This document shows positions 39,438-53,200 of a stretch of 64,000 nucleotides of DNA, in pieces. Position 1 is the stretch's first letter, and each line of letters begins with the position of its first letter. Origin of the DNA: Auanema rhodensis (taxonomy: Eukaryota; Animalia; Nematoda). Both the position numbers and the translations under genes were made by a program. Location of the stretch: the NCBI GenBank assembly GCA_964057225.1, contig OZ059898.1, positions 4,898,001-4,962,000 of the forward strand, in the 5' to 3' direction. Under the pieces are notes generated by a model. It was not told the origin of the DNA. It ran no database searches and worked only from the letters and a program-made list of their open reading frames with translations.

Positions 39438-41089
39438 TTAATCGTTATTCTCATCGCTTTCATCAGAATATTCCTTGTAGGAATTGAGATTGACCAATTT
39501 ATGTGCATTAGTAATAGTAATATCTAGAGATGTGGCACTAAATTTTAATAATTTTTTCAAAGTATACCAAAATAAAACTTACAATTTTTCCTTTTTCGAT
39601 TTGGAATTCTCCAAAAACAAAGTTGGATTTTCAATCATTTTCCCTATATTTTTTTTCCTAATACAAGAATACGTTCTAGAAATATGTCTGAAGAAAATTA
39701 ATTTCATTATTCTGATATAAGGAAATATTGACTTGGCATATTTCATTGTTCTGGGGGTGCTCGAGAGCGCATCTAAAATTGAAGTATTAGGTAATGGTGT
39801 TGAAGCACGAGAATCCATTTCAAAGGGTTTAGGAATAAAGTTCTGAACAGAAATAGTTAATAATGTTCATTTAAAGTCCTCTTACGTCAGTCAGTTTACT
39901 ATTTCTTGAACTCTTACCAGTAATTATTGTTTGGCCACATTTATTAGTTTTATTATATAAGTTACTCAATTCTAATCCATGTATAGTACTTAAAAGAAAA
40001 CTCATATATAAATATAAAAAATAAAAACCTGTCGAGCTCATCCAGTTCATTTTTCTTCAAAGCCCTGCCAATCACATCGGTAGCTATAGTTCGTAAACGT
40101 CTTCGAGATTTCTCTTCAGAAACGGCAAATTGCTGACTAATATCAAGAACTTCTTTAATGGTGACATTAAATGTCCTTTCTTCCTAAAAAAAAACATACA
40201 ATTGGTATTGACAAATGTAAATATGACAAACGTGAATTGGAGAAACATGTGCAAAATAGTCATCGTTAAGATCATTGCTTTTTCCAATCAACGGTGTAGA
40301 GCCTTAATAACAATACATAATACTAGAATTCATACACGCAGTACAGAGAGGGTTCGAAAAATTAGCTGTACGATCTGAAGACACTGATGGTGTAGAATTA
40401 ATAATCTATATCACCGAGCTTTAGAAAACATAAAAAATGTATAAAATACTTTGTTGAAAACAGTACGAGATTTCGATTTTGTTTTTAATTGTACAACTTT
40501 GGCTTTTAACGCTTCAATACCCGTTTTCTGTAATATAACTGAAACTTATCAGGACTAAATACAAAGGATAACCTTTTGAGTACTTTCAGGAAAATCGCTG
40601 TATGTAGGTCCGGGGGGACAAAATGTATTCTTTGAAGAAAAAGTATTTTTGCCAGACAGATTATTCTGCAGATATAAAAACTCTTCTATTATGAAAGAGA
40701 TTCTAATTATACCTGTGATAACGACTTTCTAGAACGTGACGAACGTCGAGAATTTGGTGTTGTTTTCTTGCTGTCTGGCTCATCTAAACATGGATAATAA
40801 AATGCATGAACATATAATTAAACCTTTTTTCCTGTGAAAAAAAAAGAACGGCAAATAAGAAACCTTTTCCTAAAGTTAAAAAAGTCAAATGAGCCAATAT
40901 ATTTGAATGGATAAAAAAACCTTTGTTGCTAACCGCTGAGATCTTCTAGGAGAAAATTTGCTTAAATTTTGTTGTTTATATATATATGAATTTCGGAGTC
41001 TGGGCGATGATCTTACAGGCTCTGCCGTTGGCTTATCATTTAATTCGAAATATAACTAACTTACCACATGCTAATCTAATTTGAGTCAT
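39438..41089 (-). CDS. Uncharacterised basic low-complexity protein rich in SP/TP sites
   Basis: About 12 exons join in frame (RSSPRLRN, FSPRRSQRL, KKTTPNSRRSSRSRKS, CSTPL, VSPIH, ASTPLP, SSTPR...YSDESDENND*). The 5' end depends on a GC-AG intron and is less certain. Confidence 0.6.
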
Positions 41090-41743
41090 TGCTTTAGGAA
41101 AAAAATACTAAATCAAGTTTGATAATTGAAAAAAGGCGAGACAGCTTTGACAAATATGTGGCAAATATAGATGTCAAAAATTAGACAATGTGAATCTCAA
41201 TAATTTTTATGATCCACGGATTCACGTAAGTCCATCAACTGTGTAGAAATGTCAATTAAAAGAAATCGAATTTTCACTCAGTTATGAAAGGTTGTTGGTC
41301 TATAATGCAGGATATATTTTGGAGCAGATTTATCGATTAGGTCTACAACTTGTATTTCTCCAAATTGTTCTGATAATTTCATCAATTATTTAATCAATTA
41401 TTTCCACATATATTTTTCAGTATAGTTTATAACTTATTATGCCTATTCTTGATGCTCATTATTATGAAATCACATTTTTTTTCATTGTGAGTTTTGAAAA
41501 AGATACCCTCAATAGGTTGATAGGGACTGACGTCTTCAGTCTGATAAACAGTAAGCGTCAAACATTGATTTGAAGTTTATCAATTTTTATCCGTTTGCTT
41601 ATTATTTTTAAAGTAAAAGTTTTGTTATCAGCAGAATGTGACGCAGATTGAAACTCCTACTTAAGTAAGGTAATGCAGATATAAAATATTTTCTTAGTTT
41701 GTAATTTGCTTAACGTTTTTTCTTATTTTCAGAAGAAAAAAAA

Positions 41744-42400
41744 ATGAAAATTTTGTACGTCTTCGTTTTTACATTTTTGATTTTCTCATCAGTTAATGCA
41801 AAAAAGTCAGTTCAACTTAACCTGAGAAGTATTTTTGTGTAATATCTACAGAAACAAGAATGCTGGTACTGACGGTCAGACCTTCAAACTTCGAAATCTT
41901 GCAGGAATTAATGTTAAACAAGTTTATTAGTTTTATTGATACTTATTGTAAACTTTCTTTTAAGCCATTAACTACCTATCAAGAATGTAAGCAAAAATGC
42001 AAACAGGATCGAGATGCTGTTCAGCTTGATGAGGTTGCGAAAATTTTGATTAATGTAATAGCTTTTTTAATTCTTAGTATGTGCAACAATTGAGAAGCGA
42101 ACTTCTAGCTGCTGAAACTATTCTTGCGAACCAGCAAGCTGCTGAAACTATTCTTCCGAACCAGCAAGCTGACGCTCCAGTCCAGCCTGTTCCCGTTTTG
42201 GTTTTAGATCCCATGGAATCTAGAGAATCGGGGGAATCGGCAGAATCGTTGACTACTACGATGGATAAAGTTAGGAGTAAATTATTCATTTGCAACTCAA
42301 GATTTTATAGATTACTCGTTTGACAAATGACGCTGTTCAAGTCGGTGAAGAAGTAAAGGATATTATTAAAGAGAGTGCCAGCCAGGCAACCAAGCAGTAA
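41744..42400 (+). CDS. Small secreted nematode protein (signal peptide, CxxxC helix, acidic tail)
   Basis: MKILYVFVFTFLIFSSVNAK...PLTTYQECKQKCKQDRD...YVQQLRSELLAAE...ESASQATKQ* over 5 exons, preceded by TTTTCAG. Confidence 0.75.
42111..42170 (+). repeat. 30-bp tandem duplication within coding sequence (AETILANQQA / AETILPNQQA)
   Basis: GCTGAAACTATTCTT(G/C)CGAACCAGCAAGCT occurs twice with one mismatch. Confidence 0.9.
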
Positions 42401-42447
42401 TATATGAGTATAACAACATAATAAACCCTTTTATTCCCTGAATATAT

Positions 42448-45344
42448 TTAACATCTTTCAAATACTTTATAGAGATCATGTAAGTCCGTAAGTCGAGTGA
42501 TATAATCTTCTGTTTTCAATCTAAATTGAGCATGTTCGAGTGACATTTGCAGCTATTATACTAAAATCACATACTTGCCAGTTGGAATCAAACGAGATTT
42601 AACACGCGGAATTATAAGATCTTCGATTATGGCTTTCCATGTAGATTTACCTGATAGCCCTTAACATATGTATGAATAAATTTATAATGGCTAGTATTTA
42701 TAAACCACTCAAGTTTGCATTGTCACAGAACTCATTTTTGATCGAGAAAAATCGTCCTAATGCTCGGCAAAGATCTCTGAAGCAAGACTCTTCCTAATAA
42801 GAATAATTGTTACGTTTAATTATTTCAATCTTAATACCGTGTCCCAGTCTACATTACATATTAGGTCATATATCAGAGCAGGTAAACCTTCTAACTGGGG
42901 AACATATCCATCTATAACAGATGGGATGCCAATAAGATATGGAATCTGCTCTTCTGGATTATCTTCTGATGCTCTAGTTTCCAAAGTTAAAGATAGAAAG
43001 TCATTAAGCATTTCTGCATGTTCAAAAAGATAAGATGCTGCTTCACGAGATTTTTCTTTAAAAAAGATAAAAAGATATAATACTATATCTAAAATTTTAA
43101 ATAATCTTACTCATGTGCTCAGGATTAGTGTTTTTCATATGATACAAAAAAAGTTTTTGTACACTTATTCCTCCATTATCTAGTCGAAAGGAACCAAAAT
43201 TACCAAACGAGAAAATGAAACTCTAAACATATATAAATGGAAAATAGATAGAATAAAACAGCAGCTAAACCTGATAAAAAAGTTCTTCGCATATATTACG
43301 GAAATTGAACATATAAAGGGAGGTCGCATACTGTACAATTACAAATTCTGCATTGATAGAACCAACATACGACAAAGATTTAAACAGATCCCTGAATTGA
43401 TGAGAAACATAAAATAAATGAGTCTGTACTACCTAAGTTCTTGACAGGTTTCTATGCAAACTTCGCGGCGTAAGTTGGACAATGAATCCAAAGAAAATAC
43501 TCTTCTACACGTTCCCGCATCCTACACCACATGTCAACTTCTCGCAATAAGAAATACATGCTACCTGCTTGTATTGTACAGTTCCTTCTTCAGTTTGACT
43601 TGATGCTACAGGAACTAAAACAGTTTGAGAAAGTGAGCATCTTGATTCCTGAGAAGAAGACAAAAACTGGTCCAACTTTTGCTCTTTGCTGTCAGTTCGT
43701 ATATTCTTAAAAATTATGAATTGAGTAATCAGTCTTCATACAATACCATATAATCAACACGCTTCTTAGCTTGAGTTTGTGATAGCCTAGATTCATTGCT
43801 GCAATTTCCGTTGATGGTATCAGCTTAATCAGAAAATTCAGCATTTAGACAGAAAATTATATTTCCTCACATTGCGTATAGCTTGGCATGCGAGTTATTT
43901 GTGTATTTGACAGAGTGCTGTGAATTTGACGGCCTATGGATAAATTACACTTGGAAAAATCACCAAGTAAACCAGTTATGTGCTATAAGGATATTTGATA
44001 TTTCAAATGCATGACTTAAAACTAACTTCAGCAATGTTTTCAACTATCACATCTTCATCCAAAAAAATGACATTTTGTTTAGTAGGATGTACATTTACAT
44101 CAATTCTTGCTGGATCCATCTAAGCAATCGTCATAATATAAATGTAAAAGAAAAAATACCTCTAGCGATAAAATAACAAAACTGTAGACAAGAGACAAGT
44201 CTGATAACACTTTTTCAAATCCATGCTTCAATAGAGGACATTGAACATCTCTGCCATTAATGAATATAAAAAATTGTTTACGTCGGTCCTGAAAACATTG
44301 AAGATTTGTTTTAATATTCTAATTTTAAAAATTATATTTCTCCAGAATCATTATTCTAACGATTAAATAATACCTTGCGAGCTTGAATCGCTGTTGATGT
44401 TGCGGAAGCTGTTGGGCGAGAAAAACATCCAGACAGTTTAAATTTTAGATTTTTGTTTTCGTAATCAATATCAATGAGGTCCTAATCAAAATAGTAGCCG
44501 ATATAAAATAAAAGTGATCACTTCTGCATAATGCTTTCCTAATAATTGCGATACTACAGTCTTTCTTAACCCATCACCACTTGTTCTGAAATCGTTTCCA
44601 TTTGAACCTTTTCGTAGCGCAAATTTTACATCACTGAAATCATCAATGTAAGCCCAAATTTGAAAAGTGTAACTATTACGGTCGGAAAACAGCGTATTTC
44701 GTAACAGCATCAGCTATTCGACCCGTTTCTTCAGTATGATTTTTAAAAGTAAGTCGTCTAGAGGGGCAATTGTAAAACAATTCTTCCGCGGTTATAACAG
44801 TTCCGTTCTGTCCGGCAGAAGCTCGGATTGATGTTATTTTGCCATCTTGAAAATTTTATTTAAAATCAGAAGCAAGACAAATACCTATGTATTTTCCTTG
44901 ATATGCAACTTGTTGATCTTTTGGCTTAGAAGTTACAGTTACCTGAAATACTGATAGCCCTAATAAATAATCTGAAATACCTTTGAAACAAGACTAATCG
45001 AAGCTAATGCTTCCCCTCGAAAACCATAGGTTTGCATATTTTGAAGATCCTCGAATGCAGTTAGCTTTGAAGTGGTAAACCTCTCGCAAACAATGTCCAA
45101 GTCATCTTTGAAAATCCCTTTTCCATTATCCTTAGATCCAGTAATTTGAAATCTTCTCAGTAATAAATACCTGGACTTGTATTAAATCTAATCCGCCTTG
45201 TTTGATAGTTATAATTATCTCAGTTGATCCGGCATCCAAACTATTTTCTATCAACTCCTTAACCGCGTTAGCAGGTCTGACTACTACTTCACCAGCCGCA
45301 ATTCTATTCACCACTATTTCAGGCAATCTTTTAATTACGCCCAT
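42448..45344 (-). CDS. mlh-1: DNA mismatch repair protein MLH1
   Basis: [72 protein letters not shown], and the C-terminal DLYKVFERC* motif. Confidence 0.96.
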
Positions 45345-45809
45345 TTTCCCTTCTCATAAACTGCGAAATATTTTTTAAAAGAACAAAAAAAAGCATAGAG
45401 AAAGCTGAAGAACATTGGAAAAGTTTCAAATTACACAAGAAAAAGTAATTTATTCACAAAACAGAAAAATGAAAAAGCTGATACATACTCTGTATAGCAA
45501 AAATTGGTCAATTTAAAAAATTGAAGACCCTAGGGAATGTAAACATAGCATTTAAATTAGAGATTAATTTACAAGAAAAAGCTTAGTATAGTATAACATA
45601 CTACTATTGCACTATATTTGTTGCCAACTAGACTAGATTTGCGAAATAAAAGCAAATACAGGCCAAAATACAAACTAGGATAATAAGATCCAAATAATTC
45701 AACAACGAATTATAATATAAAACATTTGATTGAAATAATAGTATAAAAACACCGAAATGTAAGTGAAAAGGTTAAAGTGTAAGTTCAGTAAAAATATGTT
45801 AATACAAGC

Positions 45810-48800
45810 TTAGTTCCACTCCTCTTCTGGGACTCCTTCCATTTTGTCTTGTTCCAATGTAGAGTCGCTTACAATTTGAGAAGACCAGCTACATTCTACT
45901 TGTTTCTTAACAGTTTGTTCTTCAATTGATTTTGCTACTTCTGGGATGTTCGATTTTTTTGCTAGTTGTGTCAACACAGGAGCAGGAGCACCTGGAGAAA
46001 TGATATATAATGATAAAAAAGAAAATGAAAGAAAACATACTAATTGCAGATACCCCATTTGGCTTCAAGCTTGCAAAGTTAGGAGCGCGTTCATCACCAG
46101 AGAGCCATTCATCCGCAGTTAGAGTTGGTTCCCAAGTTACTAAAGCATCTGGGAACAGATCAGTTTGGAACCCATCTTTCTAAAATTGTGAAATAAACAC
46201 AGACATTCATCCATTAACAACCTTAATACGAGGAACACGGAAAATCATTAATTCCAATGTCTTCTCAGTAAGTCTCCATGCACGTTGGAATTCCACAGCC
46301 ATGACATCACACCTAAAAACAACAATGCAACAACGTTTGTTAAATGAATTATTTTCATACATTTTCTTGTCATGGAATGCTATTGACTGACATCCAGTTT
46401 CTCCCTTATAGTCAGTGAGGGAAAGGAAGTAGGGTGAATCAAAACATACTTCGAACATACGTAAAGTTTGGTCACCCTGTAAAACTTGTTGTGAAAATAA
46501 AAATATGATAACAACCTTTCCGCCTAAGAAAAGAACGCTTGTATCGTAATCGTAATGAGGAATCAGAGGCTGAGTGGCATTGTCAATAATTTCAACATGA
46601 ATCTGTTGTAAAGTTTGAGCATCCAAAAGATACACTTGTCTTGTTGAACTCCGTGTGAATCCGACAACAATAATGGCACGATCATCACAAGCAAATAGAA
46701 CTCTAGCAGCTCTAGCATTTTCGAGAACCTATTTGGATAAGTTATATGAATAATTTAAAAAAAAAGTTACCTTTCGTTGTCGTATCAGACAATCTTCTCC
46801 TAATTGAGGTTGATGAACATTAAGCATAAAGTCTTTACCGAGAGATGCCAAAAATCTTCCGTCTGCACTCCAAGAAATCGAAAGAATAGCTCCAGAGTGA
46901 GAACAGATCCTACACCAGAGACGTAGATAAGAATTACATATTGAACAACTTACTTCAATTTTTTGGTGCAAGTGTTTGTATCCCACAATTCAATGGAAGC
47001 GTCAGCTAAAGCTACAGCTAAAATTCCAGAAGCCAAAGGATGCCAGGACACGCAAGAAATCTTTTCGCCTCCGGTAGATAATACTTTGGAAGGCTGCATT
47101 TCATTGCGAGCACCATCGGTTGTAGAGAACTTCCAAATATTCAAAATTCCAACGTCTGTACCGCAAGCAAGTTCAGTGTCATCAAATGGATTCCATTTCA
47201 AATCGGTAACAGGAGCTTTATTGAAAACACCATCCATAACTCCGTCAGGAAGTTTGCAAGGATCCTGAATATTGTAGATACCAACAACTCCTGCGGGGCC
47301 ACTCAATGGAACGGCAACAAACTTCAAAAACAAAATTAAGGGAAGTAAAGAAATCGTCATACCTGTCCACTTGCACAAGCGCCATTAGACTCGGGTGGAA
47401 GTCTGGTGTTCACATTTCTAAGATTACTGAAAACCGAATTATTCGCTTTTATTCCAACTATGGTTTCCACATAACGGAATTTAGATCTGACTAAACCAAC
47501 AACACAAGACTTTGGCCTTTCTCTTGTTGAAAGGGGTCTTGTACTTCCAGTAGCTAATGATGAAACATTATTTTATTATAGAAAACATGTCTTACTTGGT
47601 GGAGATGTTCGTAATCTAACTAAAGCTGGTTCAACCAACGGTGGCGAGATAGGTTTACGATTTTCTTTTGAATTATCTTCCGACTTAGTCTTAGATGAAA
47701 ATGTAAAACTATAATAGAAAATAAAACAATACCTCAGTTTTATGTTCAACAGTCTGAGATGAGCGTTCAGCCGGCTGAGTTGGAGCTTCTGATTGAGGAT
47801 AAACAATTTCCCTAACTTCAGACTTAACAGGTTTAGGCTCCTGAAAATGATAGAGCTCAAACATGTTGGAATAAAGAGCAATACCTCAGGTTGCACTTTA
47901 GGAGCTGTTGTTGTTCTGACCATAGGAACTGTAGCAGCTTCTGGCTTGGGAGGAGTTGGTTCTTGTGGAGGAGGTGAAGGATTTCCAACGGGAGACAATG
48001 ACATTTTAGCCGGCTAAAGAAATTTTATAATGAAACATCGACAGTTACTAACTAGTTTATCAGAACCAGAGAACCATTCTTCAGAAGTACATCCTGCTTC
48101 ACTACCCATAGTATCGGGGAAGAGATCAGCATGGAATTCCCGATAAGACTAAATTAGTTAGCTTTCTCGGATAAAAAGAAAACTAAGAACTTACTCTTCT
48201 TGGCACAATGCAAGACACCGGCAAAATTGAAGTTTTTGTCAATTGATAAAAAGTATCAACTTCGCCATCCATCACATTTACAGATTTCTTCGAACCTAGG
48301 CACGATCCCAAAGTTTGCTCGGCTAGGGTAGTTTCATAAACTACAAACAAATATCAGATAAGAGAGAATTAGCAAGAAAATACCTGAAGACATCATTGGT
48401 TGTCTATCCTGCATTTCCATGAGGAACATTTTGTTAGTGCCCTTGCCAGCAAGAAACACAAGCTTAGTATCTTCATCATAGTGAGGAATTAAAACACCAG
48501 TAGTCGACACAAACTCCTAAATAAAATCAAAATAATTTTCTAAGGTTATGAGAAACCTGGGTATGGATGGGTGAATTCCATTTATTAGTTTCATATACAA
48601 GAACTTCTTGGACACGTTTCTGAAAAATACTTTATGATAGTTTATGTGAGAGTAAAAACATACGTTAGTAAAACCACTTGAAAGCAGTCGGTCACCGCAA
48701 AATAGGATGCGACCTTCTCTTCCCATTCCTTGATGAAGAGGCATTACTTTAATTGGATTATGCCCCGTACGAATATCATAAATGCAACCCTAAACCAAAT

Positions 48801-49689
48801 GGTTATAAGTGATAAAAAGCCAATTTTACCTGACGACCACGATCGCAACTTATGGCCAAAAGCCGCCCGTCTGGACTCCACGAAAGAGAAACGCCTTTGT
48901 CTACAACGCCAGTTAACTCTAAAATTTATTATTTTATAAATATTATAAAAGAAGCACAACCATGAGCAACTTTTGCTTTATCCAAATCAACAACATACGC
49001 CGATCCAGACGACGAAACTGCTACAATACCAGAAGCCGTGGAATGAGGAGCCAATGAATCCAAAAGGATTCCATTCCCAACGTCTACATCAAATTTCAAA
49101 TCTGTTCTAAGAGGTTCTTCATTTCCAGAGAGCTTCCAAACTTTGAGCTAACAATATTGAAGATTTTATTAATAAAGAACTTTGGCAAACCTTATCATCT
49201 CTGCTACATGTAACCAGAACATCTTGCTCGTAAGGCATGAAACAGAAATCATCAATCAGATCTACAAAATATATTCCTAATACAATGTTAGAAAAGTCAC
49301 GAACCTCCATGAGCACACACAATACCAATATCTTTTCTCAGTCTGCGACCTTTGGTTCCAACAGGTAAAACTCCTAATTTTCCTCCTGTAAAAAAGTAAT
49401 AAAGTATTAAGTTATGTTGTAGTGCCGCTAACCTTCTCCTTCTATAGCAAAGGCTATATAGCTCTGACTTGCTTGGATTCCGTTATTAGTACAACAAAGA
49501 TTTCCAGTTGGAAGATCGAAGATAGTGTCCTGAAAAGTATAAATTAACAAACATTAAATATGTGAACATTAAATAAAATTTTGTGATGAAAGAGCTCAAA
49601 GAACATTACTCAAGCAAATTACTTACTTCTTTCTTAGGAATTTTTGGAGTGGTATTCTTGAATTTTGAAGCTTGGAATCGCCATGCCAT
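45810..49689 (-). CDS. pod-1: Tandem coronin (coronin-7)
   Basis: MAWRFQASKFKNTTPK, two WD40 propeller blocks (second begins SKFRYV; WNPFDD, WHPLA), a Pro-rich linker, FQTDLFPD and an acidic C-terminus EGVPEEEWN*. Confidence 0.93.
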
Positions 49690-50252
49690 TGCTAATTTCA
49701 ACTAAAGGCGATGTCAGCCTGAAAAAAATTGGTGCATTGTGCAAGCAGAGGTGAAATATAAAAGAAGCATCATTCAACACGTCTATGCACACATAAAGAT
49801 AAAAATTAAATGAATGTGAAAATATGAAAATTGAAATTAATATAATGAACAACAACAAAAAGAAATTAAGTAATTGCGAGATAATTACTAATTACTACAC
49901 AAGTCAGTGTCAATGCAAGAACAATAGCTGTGCTAATCTTCTATCTAATACCATTACAAACAGCCTAATTAAGAAAACAAGATAAGCTGGACCATAGTTT
50001 AGGTTTGAACGGTTAGCTTAATCACCTTATTCATCCACACATCCTCAATAACATTTTATGAAAGCCCAAAATCAAGGAACTCCTCACTTCAAGTACTATT
50101 TCAAAGTCATAACTATGCACAATGGGGCGTAGATCTAATTAAGGCGTCTAAGGCTTCCTGTGTCCACTTGGAAGATATGAAAGTACCTCTTGATGCCAAC
50201 ATAGTAGAGCCTTTGGCGATTGAAGTTTGCTATTCAACATTAACGTGAAGAA

Positions 50253-53200
50253 ATGAAGGTGAGTTAAATGTCAATATTACCATTAATAATGATTATTTCA
50301 GTTGGCTATTACACTATATATTCTTTCTATATTTTTTGGAGTTAAGAATGTCATTCAAGCATTCTCAGCATGCCCACAACAATGCTTATGTTCAGAAAAC
50401 AACATGGTTTGCTCGTAAGTTGATTCAGACTTCCAAACAAAATTACGATGAAATCCTTAATAAACTAAGATAATATTAGCTAGTATACCTCATAATTCAA
50501 GGTTAGTAGTTTAAACAGCAAATATCAATTAATACTCATATGCAACAAGCAAAACGAATAACGTATTGCTCATCTATTAAACAAGAAAAGTCCGTTTGTT
50601 AACAAGCTAATATCGGATTACCGCAAACAGATTAATAAAGAATCGCGGTGTAGAATAGGTAGGCCTAACGAATATGTAGCTAAAAGCAAAACAATATTCA
50701 CGATTCTTATGAACTTTCGCAAAATTTGGCACTTTTAAAAAACAAAAAAGTTTAACAAAAAATAATTAAGTCTAATTCTTCAGAGGCTTTATGAATTTGC
50801 CTATAATATTGGTAAAATCATGCAAACCACATTGATGGTCCAGTTTTCTTGTCAAACATTTGTAAGCTATTTATATTTAATATAGTAAACATTAAGAAAA
50901 TATAATAAATATTAATAGAAAGTAATCCCTGCTCTTCAAAAATAAATTTCTCCATAAGTTGAAGTAATCTAGCTAATAGAGATTAGAGAATTTCGCGCCG
51001 TCTAGGCGGGAAAATTAGTTTTTCAACAGCGCGGGACATCTCAATTCGGAAAACATATGAGTTCAATTCATTTAAGATAATATTTCTTCTTCTTTTGATA
51101 TATTTATGAAACAAAAAGGTTATGTGGAAATTGTTGTAAGAATTGTAAGCTAGATCGGTAAAAAAATTATACATGAGAAAACAATGGTTAATTTAGACAT
51201 GTCTGTTTTTATATAAATGCTGATATTCTCAAAATAACACCCTCGTAATTTTTTTTCGTTAGTGAAGTGGTAGGCCTTCGTAAGTCATGTGTTAGAATGT
51301 GCATCCAATGCGTTTCATACGTTAAAAAACAAATCTGAGTCAGGGATGTAGAAATGGAAACAGATAAGACATTAGTCTACATTCGATGAGTCATTGTGGG
51401 ATCTAGTCTCAGTAGCGTTATTCATAATTTGATAAGAAAGTGATGAGATGAAACCAATATAATATATTTAAAATTTTTACATTCATAACGGCAGCGGCAG
51501 TTAAAAAAACATTTTTATGATAGCAAAGTGTAAAGAAAGAAAAAATATATCCATAGATGAATACAGTTTTTGGCTTTTGAAAAGTATTGCACTGTCAGGA
51601 ATATCTTGTGGAGCTGTCTTTTTTTTTCGTGGCATGCAACATAAAGTATGACGAAGACAATACACGATTGCAATACCGGTTTGTATTAAGTATCTGATGT
51701 TTTGATGTATAAAGTTTACAATGGATCCTATTCCACGCTTTGAGGGCAATCTTAGACATGGCGAAATAATCTTACTCTTCTTGGCCAACATTGAACATAA
51801 AATTATATCCAATATGGAAAAAAACCGACAATGTTAGTTTCTTGTGCGATTGAAAACTGTCTGAATATCGGATATTATTACGTAAAATGCAGTACATAGA
51901 AACGATTGTAAACATGTTTAATTCAATAAGCGAACACCAAATTAATTACTATCTTATAGATGCGAATCAGCCCCATCCACAGAACTTACACTGTCTTCCC
52001 TCGGTGGATTTTATATCAAATCATTAACTATTCACTCTTGTTCAAAAGTAACAATTTTGAATGGAACCTTTAACGGAGTTGTTATATTGGATCGTCTATC
52101 ATTCATACACATTGGTATATTTACAATAATTTTGATTTTAAAAAAATTTTTAGATCGTTTGATTTTGGAACCACATGCTTTCAAGGGAACATTGCAATCT
52201 CCAAAACAACTAATAATTGAACAAGTAAAAAGAAAAACAGTACGGGATTAATAATGAATAATGATTCAGAGCACTATACCGATTTTGATGACTGGTGCAT
52301 TCACTGGATTGTCGCATATGGAGCATATATGGATACGCCAGTCAACTATTCACACGATAGCTTCTTTTGCGTTCCAATACGTTACGGATGTCAACTATTT
52401 ATATTTTCGGGAGAGTCATATTCGGCATTTACAAAAACATGCATTCGGTGAGTCAATACACCTAGTACATTCAAGAACATGAGCATACAAGTTGCGAGTT
52501 ATATTGATTTTTTTATTTTAAGGTAACATGTTTGATGTTCGCAATATATATTTCCGAGGGAGTGTTGAAATAGATGATAGTGAGCGCGAACTATTTGTGA
52601 ATTCAACTATAGATGAACTACAATTTCATGGAGTGATAGGACAGTTGAACGAGGGATTTCTACTAGGTTCCACGATGCAGTATACAACCTTGTCTGGATG
52701 TGTTCTTAAGCTATTCAGACGAGGTGAAGTGTATGAAACGGAGAATACTCCTTTAATAGGAATATCAAGACTTAATATCATAAATAGCACTTTGAACGCG
52801 TTCTCTCCAATATTATTTTCGCACTTCAGTCCAATTAGCATATCAAAAAGCCGAATTGGAAAGCTCCGAGGAAGTGATGTTCATTATGCACATCATTACT
52901 TGTCGCTTCTTATAGAGGATTCGACGATAAACTCAATTGAATCATTTTCTATGAGTCACTCGATTATCAAAACAATTTCGCTGATCAGGACAAAGATAAG
53001 CAATATAAGTGGAGCCGCTTTATTGGGTAGCCAGATCGTGCAGATGTTGATATCACAGTGCGATTTGAAGACAATTCAAAGCACATGCTTTTCGGAATCA
53101 GTTATTGAAGAATTTTTCATCAAAAATAGTAACGTTGGACTTATACAATCAAATGCCTTTGAAAGAGCAATCCTCCGTCAAGCTAATATAGAAGGATCAA

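Noticed and set aside
40824-40869. Apparent pair of 6-nt and 8-nt microexons (GAAAAG, GAAAAAAG)
   Set aside because: Neither alone nor together restores the frame, whereas a single 46-nt exon does.
43934-43982. Apparent 10-nt microexon and 39-nt intron in mlh-1
   Set aside because: The 39 nt are stop-free and in frame, and read [10 protein letters not shown], which resembles MLH1 sequence at this position. They are more likely coding.
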